From positions 1 through 31,522 of IMG/VR virus record IMGVR_UViG_3300028138_000009: 31,522 bases of DNA, one strand, 5' to 3'. Origin of the DNA: a virus (Duplodnaviria; Caudoviricetes). Positions 1-6,764 of the stretch are shown in pieces. Every line of letters starts with the position of its first letter. Position 1 is the first letter of the stretch. The translations under genes and the position numbers were made by a program. The notes beneath the pieces are model-generated. The model was not told where the DNA came from. It saw only the letters and a program-made list of their open reading frames with translations, and did no database searches.

Positions 1-60
1 GTTCTTTATTAGCCAAGTCTCAAATTTTACACACACATTTCGCGTGTTTGATTTGACACG

Positions 61-94
61 AAAAAAACAAGGCCCACACTTTGCGTATGAGCCT
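61..94 (-). terminator. Rho-independent terminator of the left operon
   Basis: Minus-strand RNA AGGCUCAUAC-GCAAA-GUGUGGGCCU-UGUUUUUUU: 10-bp stem (with G.U pairs) plus U tract, 50 nt after the stop at 144. Confidence 0.85.
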
Positions 95-143
95 CATGCT
101 GGATATTTTGAATGGTTATGTATCTTAATTTTGTATCGGTGCG

Positions 144-2345
144 TTACGCGGTAACTTCGTGAAACAATCCTGAGCCGATGTGTTTTTCTGCGTCCTGCAA
201 ATTCTTGACGCCTTCCTCCCAGTACGATTCCTTCAGCTCGATCCCCATGAACCTCCTGCCCATCTTCACCGCCATATACCCCTCTGACGCTATGCCGCCG
301 AACGGTGAGAATACCTGATCCCCTGGGTTTGTCCACAGGTTTATGGCCCGTTCGATCACGTCAAGCTGTAATGGGCAGATATGACGTTCGTCGTCGTCCT
401 CTCGTGCATCCTGCTTGTTCAGCGTGTTCGATGGGTTTATGTCCATCCATACTGGAGAAGCGTACCGCTGCCACACCTTGACCGGGAATGACTCGTTCGT
501 GTGTGTTACGCGCTCCGGGTTATCTCCGGGCTTCCGCATGGTAACCAGATAATCAGCAATTCCCTGGCGCGACATGCACGAGTCTTTCTTGATCTGTTTG
601 TGCAGCAACCCCAATGCCTTTGTCCGCTGCATCGCCGTTACAGGGTCTTTCCATATGCATACTTCAGAGTGATAGATCCACCCGGCATCCGTGAACATAC
701 GAATAAGATTCCCGCGAAAGTCTGTTATACCGATCACGCCATCCCGTTCTTTGCTGGTCGGCAGGTTCATGCAATGGAACGAAAGAAGCCTCCCCGGCAT
801 GGTGATTCGCAGAAGCTCCCCGGTCAAGAACTTGAAGTGCTCGTAAAACTCTGAATGTGTCTTGCAGTTACCCATATCGCGCTCACTCGCCGAATACGTG
901 TACAGGCTGGCAAATGGCGGGCTGAAAATGCTGTAGTGCATTGAATCTGATCGTATATCCTTGATCTTTTCGCATGAGTCCGCCAGATGATAAGTCCAGT
1001 CTTTGCTCTGCGCCATCCTAGGGATGTATGCATCTGAAGTTCTGCCCTGTCCTTTCAAGTCTTTCTGGTTCAATTCGTGCATGTTGTTTACCATCTCCTC
1101 CGCCATCCTTTGTGCGTCCGCTTCCTTCCGCTTGATATTGGCCACTACTGCGCCCTCGGTTGAACTGGTTACGATGTAACAGTCCACTGGATGCTTCTGC
1201 CCGAATCTCCAGCATCTCCGGATCGCCTGATAAAACTGCTCATATGAATCTGACAGCCCCAGGAATGCAACGTTGTGGCAGGACTGGAAATTCATCCCGA
1301 AACCTGCAATGCTCGGCTTGCTTACCAGTACACGGATACGGCCCTCTGCGAAGTCCAGCAATGATTTCTCTTTGAACTCAGTAGAATCTGAACCACGTAC
1401 CTCAACTGCTCCCGGTATCAGGCTTTTAGCCGCATCGCTTTCAACATTAAGATTGCACCAAATAAGCCATTGCTCTTTCGGTTTGGTTGCCACAATCGCC
1501 GCAACTTCCGCCGCCCTTTCTTCTGTGCTTACAGCTCTGGCCCTCTGCCGCTCTTGAAGTGTTACCGCTGGCAATGCAAACAGGAAACCGTCTGTACACG
1601 TCTCCGCTTCAACTTGCCTTTCATGGAGTCGCAATGCGGGCAGAGCAAATTGCGCGTCATCGTACCCCAGGTCGGAAGGTTTGCGGATCATCACAGCCCA
1701 TGTGCATACCCATTTCCAGAATTCCTTCTCCGCGTGTCCCTTGAGTCGCCACTTGGCAGTATCTCCGCCGTCATGCACAAAGAAAGTGCTCAACATTTCC
1801 GTGCGGGTCAGATTTCCCAAGAATTCAGAGTGATTGCCTAATTCCATGAAATCATTTGGGGCCGGAGTCGCGGTACATGCCAGTTTAAAATGGGTATCCT
1901 TGAATTGCTCGATGATCTGATTGCGCAGCTTTCCTTCAAAGTGCTTGATGATACTGGATTCATCGAGAATTACCCCGTCATAGTCCTCTGGCCGGAAGTG
2001 TTCCAACATTTCGTAATTGGTAATGCAGCTTTCAACTGTGGCCGATTGCTTGCGGGCATAGACAACATGGATGCTCAATTTCTGGCCTTCGCGCACGGTC
2101 TGGGGAGCTACCGCCAGCGGAGCCAATATGATGGTCTTTCCCGGTATCTGTTTGGCCCATTCCAACTGCATAAAGCTCTTGCCAAGGCCACAATCCGCGA
2201 ATATCGCCGCGCGGCCACGCCGAAGTGCCCATTTCACAATATCCCGCTGAAAATCGAACAGGATAGGGTTAGCGTCTTTCGGCTCAATACCTCTGGCAAC
2301 CGATGAAATCAGCTTAGACCGCAAAAACTCCTGGTACTGGCTCAT
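144..2345 (-). CDS. SNF2/SF2-like helicase fused to a C-terminal beta-class N4/N6 DNA methyltransferase
   Basis: Walker A ADCGLGKS, Walker B ILDESS, motif III TATP, motif VI QAIRRCWRFGQ; C-terminal IFSPPF (motif IV) precedes VFSPFGGIASE (motif I). Start moved to MSQYQ at 2345 (GGGAG upstream). Confidence 0.88.
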   Translation of the reverse strand: MSQYQEFLRSKLISSVARGIEPKDANPILFDFQRDIVKWALRRGRAAIFADCGLGKSFMQLEWAKQIPGKTIILAPLAVAPQTVREGQKLSIHVVYARKQSATVESCITNYEMLEHFRPEDYDGVILDESSIIKHFEGKLRNQIIEQFKDTHFKLACTATPAPNDFMELGNHSEFLGNLTRTEMLSTFFVHDGGDTAKWRLKGHAEKEFWKWVCTWAVMIRKPSDLGYDDAQFALPALRLHERQVEAETCTDGFLFALPAVTLQERQRARAVSTEERAAEVAAIVATKPKEQWLIWCNLNVESDAAKSLIPGAVEVRGSDSTEFKEKSLLDFAEGRIRVLVSKPSIAGFGMNFQSCHNVAFLGLSDSYEQFYQAIRRCWRFGQKHPVDCYIVTSSTEGAVVANIKRKEADAQRMAEEMVNNMHELNQKDLKGQGRTSDAYIPRMAQSKDWTYHLADSCEKIKDIRSDSMHYSIFSPPFASLYTYSASERDMGNCKTHSEFYEHFKFLTGELLRITMPGRLLSFHCMNLPTSKERDGVIGITDFRGNLIRMFTDAGWIYHSEVCIWKDPVTAMQRTKALGLLHKQIKKDSCMSRQGIADYLVTMRKPGDNPERVTHTNESFPVKVWQRYASPVWMDINPSNTLNKQDAREDDDERHICPLQLDVIERAINLWTNPGDQVFSPFGGIASEGYMAVKMGRRFMGIELKESYWEEGVKNLQDAEKHIGSGLFHEVTA

Positions 2346-2365
2346 AGTCTCCCTTTCCCGCCCCC

Positions 2366-3007
2366 TCACCCAGCTACTGATTTTTTCTGCTCAATAATTC
2401 TCTCAGCATACTCTGCTACACAATTTGCCAATTCTGGCGGGATCATTGCCGCATTTGCCGTGTGCTCTTTCCTGGCTTTTGATTTGCTTCCGGTGGACAT
2501 CATGGGATCTGATTTCCTTATCCGCTTACGATCTTCTGCGGAAATGCTTCTGAACCCACTGCCAGCTAGTTTTATCCCCTTCTTGATTCCCTGTGGAAGA
2601 ATCGGCGGTACAGAATTACCCCACAAATAGAACGGCCCGCAGTGATCTACCGCTATCCCCATGAACTGCTCAGCTCCGCGAACATTTTCCATCACGTGCG
2701 GGATGCCGCGAAACAAGTCCTGCGCCTTCATGAAAAGCTGTATTCCCATCTCTGGATACGGCGGATCGGGATGAAACATGCTCATCGTGAACAGAGAGAA
2801 ATTCTCACATGGAGTCGATGCACAGCCAAAGTCGAAGTTTGCCATTACCCAGCGCCAGTTAAGAGTCATAATGTCTGTCTGATAGAAGTCTATGCCCTCT
2901 GGCACTTCTGGAGGCCGAACCAGATCGACCGCCGTTACCTTCCACCCTCGTGCATGGAACGCCTTCGCCCATCCCAGACGCCCAGCGCATAGGTCAATCA
3001 TCCTCAT
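2366..3007 (-). CDS. Compact C5-cytosine DNA methyltransferase-like protein
   Basis: IDLCAGRLGW (motif I), STPCENFS (catalytic PC), MENVRG (motif VI), AMIPPELA (motif X-like). Start MRMIDL at 3007 has GAGG upstream and an ATGA overlap. Confidence 0.75.
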   Translation of the reverse strand: MRMIDLCAGRLGWAKAFHARGWKVTAVDLVRPPEVPEGIDFYQTDIMTLNWRWVMANFDFGCASTPCENFSLFTMSMFHPDPPYPEMGIQLFMKAQDLFRGIPHVMENVRGAEQFMGIAVDHCGPFYLWGNSVPPILPQGIKKGIKLAGSGFRSISAEDRKRIRKSDPMMSTGSKSKARKEHTANAAMIPPELANCVAEYAERIIEQKKSVAG

Positions 3008-3159
3008 TTTGGCCTCTTGGGACATACTCTTTTGTGTATTTCTAGTGGGTATCGCCGCGATTCTCCCCGCCCGCCGCTTGCATTTGCGCATGGGCCTACT
3101 CTAACTTCCTCGAAGGGCTTACCGCAGTACGGGCACGGACGGTTTGTATCTTTCATCAT
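3004..3159 (-). CDS. 51-aa C2HC zinc-finger protein (not in the ORF track)
   Basis: Hand translation MMKDTNRPCPYCGKPF...LEIHKRVCPKRPK; GAGG upstream; stop overlaps the MTase ATG (ATGA). Confidence 0.75.
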   Translation of the reverse strand: MMKDTNRPCPYCGKPFEEVRVGPCANASGGRGESRRYPLEIHKRVCPKRPK

Positions 3160-3322
3160 TCGGCTTCCTCAATTCTTCGTATTCTTCAAGCAACTTTTGG
3201 ACGCGCTTGATATTATCGCGGACCCGCCGCAAGTCGTTTTTGCCTAATGCGAGAATGGCCTGAGCCAGCGCATATGCTATTGCACTCTTTGGCGCAACTT
3301 CTGAATCAATGGTCTTTATCAT
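3119..3322 (-). CDS. 67-aa helical hypothetical protein
   Basis: ATGA coupling upstream; amphipathic helical sequence. Confidence 0.6.
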   Translation of the reverse strand: MIKTIDSEVAPKSAIAYALAQAILALGKNDLRRVRDNIKRVQKLLEEYEELRKPNDERYKPSVPVLR

Positions 3323-3368
3323 TTTTCAATCCTCCAGTACGGGCACGGCTTGTGCGTGTCCTTCATCA
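3125..3368. repeat. 34-bp imperfect direct repeat (3125-3158 and 3335-3368)
   Basis: 27/34 identical including a perfect 14-mer CAGTACGGGCACGG; copies 210 bp apart; both encode MKDTxxPCPY. Confidence 0.85.
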
Positions 3369-3701
3369 CTTTTTTATTCTCCAGATGGTACATGCTCTGC
3401 CACTCGCCGTCTTCCCTGTTCCCGCTGCCTCTACAAAGCCCATTTTTACTAGCTCGGATCGCCGCGAACGCAGACCGGATGCCGAAACTCTGGGATATGC
3501 CTGCTCTCCATATGCCCACTGCGCTTTCATGTACTGATCCGCCAATCGCTCATCTGTCATCGGATACATATTACGCAAGAGCGCCAATATCGCCTCTCTG
3601 GTTCTCCCCAAATTGACCACGCTTGCCGCCGCTTCATGGCTATGAACTGGATCGGTGCTCCGCGCTCTGGCTTGATCGAATAGACCTTCTTGTTTGTCCA
3701 T
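3366..3701 (-). CDS. Phage winged-helix DNA-binding protein
   Basis: ARSTDPVHSHEAA N-terminal motif, helix SGLRSRRSELVKMGFV and wing GKTASGRACTIW; ATG 3701 fits a leaderless promoter. Confidence 0.75.
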   Translation of the reverse strand: MDKQEGLFDQARARSTDPVHSHEAAASVVNLGRTREAILALLRNMYPMTDERLADQYMKAQWAYGEQAYPRVSASGLRSRRSELVKMGFVEAAGTGKTASGRACTIWRIKK

Positions 3702-3737
3702 GTGCGACAAGTTACCACAAATAATCTCTATTGACAA
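3699..3737 (-). promoter_or_regulatory. Leftward sigma70-type promoter, leaderless
   Basis: TTGTCA(3737-3732)-17 nt-TAACTT(3714-3709) with extended TG, then 7 nt to ATG; no Shine-Dalgarno. Confidence 0.7.
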
Positions 3738-3768
3738 CACATTTCTGCTTGTGTATGCTGCGGACATG
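3731..3768 (+). promoter_or_regulatory. Rightward sigma70-type promoter, leaderless
   Basis: TTGACA(3731-3736)-17 nt-TATGCT(3754-3759)-6 nt-ATG(3766). Confidence 0.8.
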
Positions 3769-4191
3769 AAGAAAACAGCAAAGAAGAAGCGGGCACGGCG
3801 GGCGACAAGCGGAGTAGCCCCTATCAGGTTCGATACAAGCGATAGAAAGCGCCTTGGGTGGCTTCAGGACGATTTAGGCGGTCTAACCCTTGCCGGAGCC
3901 GTCAAGTGGGCTGTAAAGGACGCCTATGACCGCCGCAAGGCACTCCAGAAGGTAGGCCGCATGTCTCAGGAGCTACGTGGCACGATGCCTTTTGAGGGAC
4001 ATGGCAGGGGGTCAGTTAGCCAGTTCATGGGCTGCAAGTGTGTTGAATGTGGCCCCGCCGATGCTCTCCAGTCCGACATCCGGCAGCGCGTCGCATCGGC
4101 TGTTACTCCGGAAGATGAGCCGGGAATTAGGGAAGCCTACAACAAAAACATGGAGCCTTACCGGGCGGAATCGAAAGGAAGTGACAAATGA
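3766..4191 (+). CDS. Putative ribbon-helix-helix regulator with a C-terminal His/Cys metal-binding motif
   Basis: Basic arm, strand PIRF, helices SDRKRLGWLQDDLG and TLAGAVKWAVKDAY; then HG...GCKCVEC. Start reassigned to MKKTAK from promoter geometry. Confidence 0.6.
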   Translation: MKKTAKKKRARRATSGVAPIRFDTSDRKRLGWLQDDLGGLTLAGAVKWAVKDAYDRRKALQKVGRMSQELRGTMPFEGHGRGSVSQFMGCKCVECGPADALQSDIRQRVASAVTPEDEPGIREAYNKNMEPYRAESKGSDK

Positions 4192-4391
4192 GCGGAAATT
4201 CAAGTTCTAGCAGTAGTGGGATCGGACTTTTGGGCCTGCTCGGAGTCGCCTTCGTGGTGCTCAAGCTCTGCGGCGTCATTCACTGGTCATGGTGGTGGGT
4301 TACTGCTCCATTCTGGGGCGGTGTGGCCTTGGTGCTGGTGATAATCGCCGTAATATTCGCAATCGCCTTAATCAAGGAGGTATTCGCATGA
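4188..4391 (+). CDS. Small two-TM phage membrane protein
   Basis: LKLCGVIHWSWWWVTAPFW motif typical of a widespread phage membrane family; AAGGA upstream; ATGA coupling. Confidence 0.85.
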   Translation: MSGNSSSSSSGIGLLGLLGVAFVVLKLCGVIHWSWWWVTAPFWGGVALVLVIIAVIFAIALIKEVFA

Positions 4392-4582
4392 GCGCCGTAA
4401 TAACCTACAGCCTGCCCGTTTGCGTGACCTGCGAGCGCCGCGCCGATGCCGAATGCAAGTGCGGAGACAACATCTGCCTGAAACACTCCTATGACGGTCT
4501 ATGCATGACCTGTGAGACGATCCGCCAAACAGAAGAGTACGGAGTCCAGCTTAATGGCGATGCTGGCGCAAGACCTTTTTGA
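4388..4582 (+). CDS. 64-aa Cys/His zinc-finger protein
   Basis: MSAVITYSLPVCVTC...CKC...CLKH...CMTC; AAGGAGG upstream; ATGA coupling. Confidence 0.75.
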   Translation: MSAVITYSLPVCVTCERRADAECKCGDNICLKHSYDGLCMTCETIRQTEEYGVQLNGDAGARPF

Positions 4583-4610
4583 TCGTTCGTGACGGTGGTT
4601 GACTGAGCAG

Positions 4611-4670
4611 CAAATGGGCCGCGCAGAAGGGACAGGATGAATCCCAAATCTGTTAGCGGCCCTTTGTGTT
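4611..4670. terminator. Long imperfect hairpin between convergent operons; possible terminator
   Basis: GGGCCGC(4616-4622)/GCGGCCC(4656-4662), inner GCAGA/TCTGT and GGGA/TCCC; followed by TTTGTGTT on the plus strand. Confidence 0.5.
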
Positions 4671-4671
4671 C

Positions 4672-4812
4672 CTACTCTGGATCTTCGTTTGGTTGTTCAG
4701 CGGTTGAGGGCGATCCGCCTGATGGCGCTGGATTCTGAGGCGGTGGCCCCGGTGGAGGCGGGGGTGGAGGCGGCGGCGGGAATCCGTCGTCTGGTTTCGG
4801 GTCGTCCGGCAT
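4672..4812 (-). CDS. 46-aa acidic polyproline micropeptide (not in the ORF track)
   Basis: MPDDPKPDDGFPPPPPPPPPPGPPPQNPAPSGGSPSTAEQPNEDPE; AGGAG 7 nt upstream; Pro run uses all four CCN codons. Confidence 0.75.
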   Translation of the reverse strand: MPDDPKPDDGFPPPPPPPPPPGPPPQNPAPSGGSPSTAEQPNEDPE

Positions 4813-5218
4813 TGGAGTTCTCCTGTGGGTGTTTTATTTGCCAAGCAATCCAGGTTCTTTGCCATGATGCATATGCGGCATCGTACTTTGCGAAACGTTC
4901 AGCAATTTCTTTGGCATCGCGCTTACTCTGAAGATGAATTCCCACCCCGTACCCGATGGCGGGAAGGATGAGTATCAGTACCAGGATTATCCAAGTCGCT
5001 GTCGAGGTCTTTACTGTGTACGGAGTTATGGGTTGATCCGTTGGGCTTGAGGCTGATGCGGCGATGGAATCCTGTACTCTCTTCTTCCAGGCGAGCTTTT
5101 TCTGCTCGTGCTTCTCTCTTAGCGGCGAAGTGATCGCGTACCCAGCTGTGCCCAAAATAGTAAGCCAGAGGAACGCAGATCCCCAAGACTGCCTTAGATA
5201 ACTCAACAAGAAATCCAT
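4697..5218 (-). CDS. Membrane protein with two hydrophobic segments and a charged helix
   Basis: AFLWLTILGTAGYAI and TWIILVLILILPAIGYGVGI; the C-terminal tail overlaps the polyproline ORF. Confidence 0.6.
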   Translation of the reverse strand: MDFLLSYLRQSWGSAFLWLTILGTAGYAITSPLREKHEQKKLAWKKRVQDSIAASASSPTDQPITPYTVKTSTATWIILVLILILPAIGYGVGIHLQSKRDAKEIAERFAKYDAAYASWQRTWIAWQIKHPQENSNAGRPETRRRIPAAASTPASTGATASESSAIRRIALNR

Positions 5219-5222
5219 TCAT
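4923..5222 (-). CDS. 99-aa single-TM protein overlapping the 173-aa ORF in another frame; holin-like candidate
   Basis: First ATG of ATGAATG, 6 nt after GGAAGGGA; hydrophobic FLVELSKAVLGICVPLAYYF then charged helix AKREARAEKARLEEE. Confidence 0.5.
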   Translation of the reverse strand: MNGFLVELSKAVLGICVPLAYYFGHSWVRDHFAAKREARAEKARLEEESTGFHRRISLKPNGSTHNSVHSKDLDSDLDNPGTDTHPSRHRVRGGNSSSE

Positions 5223-5295
5223 ACACCGTCCCTTCCGTTACTCCCCCGACGTTCCGCCCTCGCGGTCTACCTTCTCCGTATACCCTGAGAGCGCC

Positions 5296-5463
5296 TTACT
5301 TAGATTCTTTTCTTTCGATGTAAACCGACCATCGGATGCGCGGAACAGCCCCACCATTGCGCCAGATATTCAATCTGAACCTTACGCCGTGCATGTGAGC
5401 TACGATCAGCCCGATTATGGGCAAATGGCCCCATCGCATTGCGAAATCTACTGCATGATTCAT
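5296..5463 (-). CDS. 55-aa hypothetical protein (not in the ORF track)
   Basis: MNHAVDFAMRWGHLPIIGLIVAHMHGVRFRLNIWRNGGAVPRIRWSVYIERKESK; ATG overlaps the upstream stop (ATGA) and fills the gap. Confidence 0.6.
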   Translation of the reverse strand: MNHAVDFAMRWGHLPIIGLIVAHMHGVRFRLNIWRNGGAVPRIRWSVYIERKESK

Positions 5464-6764
5464 TTACTTCCTTGTTGCGCTGCCTTCTGCGCTAACCATC
5501 TCTTAAACTGTGCTGGCCCTGGACTGACATGGCGTGGAGTATTATTTGTTATCGCATCTTCAATGGGAGTACCGCTCAATGTCTGCGATTGGGAATCTCT
5601 CAAGTCCCAATGGTAACGGCCCGTATCGGGAGAGAACTTAACTTTGTCCGGATATTTTTCTGCTAATCCCTGCCATGCCCCTTCTGCTCCAGGTTTTCTC
5701 GAAACATCCGACATCATATGAGTAGCGCCTTGGTCTTTTGCATGTTGTGCCAATTGCTCGTAGAACATCTTGCCATGTCCCTGCCCCTGCAATGAAGGAT
5801 CGTCTATCTTGATGTTTTTTACTTCCATCCCGCCTTCGCCACCCGGAGCATAAGCATTGCCGCCGACATCGGCAGCTCCAACCTTTTCACCATTCAAATG
5901 CAAATCTACAGTTTTAAATCCTCCCGGCTGCCCATTCTTTTGGAAATTTAACGGCGCTCCTCCATCATCAGGGCGCGGGATAACTTGATAGCTATTAGAT
6001 GTCTGTGGCTGCGTAACGCCTTTCTCGGCAAGCGCATCAGCAATCGGAGTTGCACTTAATGCTGGCGCTTCTGGATAACCAGGAGGAGTCGGGCCATTCC
6101 ATACTGAAGGAGCCTGAGGCTTCATTTGTAGGACATTAGGTTTATTCATGCTCGAAAATCTTCCTTTCAGGCTTGCCGCAAGAGGCAGTATATCCGCAAT
6201 TCCTTCCTGTAATGCCTGATTTGATTTTCCCAGATCTTGGAGGCTATTAACATTCGCAACGGAAGCTGAAGCAAAAGGATTGAGCATCGAAAGCCCGGTA
6301 GTCGCCACTCTCGCATCTTCGAGCGATGGACCCCGCTTAAATATCTGCTGCATGATCGAATCCGATGGTTGCGTTTCGTGTGAAGCAATGGCTCCTTTGG
6401 CCTGATCCACTAATTGCGGAGCCAATTGCTTCTCTGCATCAATCTGTCCGGAGGCTAAGCGCTTCATTACCAAACCTCCGGGGCCAGCGAGGAAGGAGGC
6501 ATAATCACCTGCCGATTCCGGAGGCGTGGCAATTGTAGAAACAATTCCCTTGGCCGTTCTTCCCAGACGGTTGAAGAATGCGGCCCCCGGTGCATCCGCA
6601 GGCAGCAAATCATTTGAATTTTTACCAAGAAAATCATCCATGAAGTTTCCCGAAGGCTGGGACTGTGGCGGAGCGGCAGTCTGATACGCACCATACGGAT
6701 TAGCCGCTGGCGCTTGCTGCGCTGGTGCTCGATACGCCGAATATGGATCTTCTTGAGCCATCAT
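5460..6764 (-). CDS. Ejection (internal virion) protein with a C-terminal GNAT acetyltransferase domain
   Basis: DPYSAY/NPYGAY N-terminal motifs typical of ejection proteins; last of the pilot-protein cluster; NIKIDDPSLQGQGHGKMFY acetyl-CoA loop, later GAEGAW. Confidence 0.7.
   Translation of the reverse strand: MMAQEDPYSAYRAPAQQAPAANPYGAYQTAAPPQSQPSGNFMDDFLGKNSNDLLPADAPGAAFFNRLGRTAKGIVSTIATPPESAGDYASFLAGPGGLVMKRLASGQIDAEKQLAPQLVDQAKGAIASHETQPSDSIMQQIFKRGPSLEDARVATTGLSMLNPFASASVANVNSLQDLGKSNQALQEGIADILPLAASLKGRFSSMNKPNVLQMKPQAPSVWNGPTPPGYPEAPALSATPIADALAEKGVTQPQTSNSYQVIPRPDDGGAPLNFQKNGQPGGFKTVDLHLNGEKVGAADVGGNAYAPGGEGGMEVKNIKIDDPSLQGQGHGKMFYEQLAQHAKDQGATHMMSDVSRKPGAEGAWQGLAEKYPDKVKFSPDTGRYHWDLRDSQSQTLSGTPIEDAITNNTPRHVSPGPAQFKRWLAQKAAQQGSK

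Noticed and set aside
151-166. Second parS-like sequence (CGTGAAACA)
   Set aside because: Half-site only, not palindromic, and inside a coding region
4672-4812. Rz1-like o-spanin call for the Pro-rich ORF
   Set aside because: No signal peptide or lipobox Cys, and an in-frame TAA upstream prevents extension
4653-4865. 70-aa Arg/His-rich minus-strand ORF in the track
   Set aside because: Its RLHPRLHR pattern is the frameshifted reading of the proline codons, and it has no RBS
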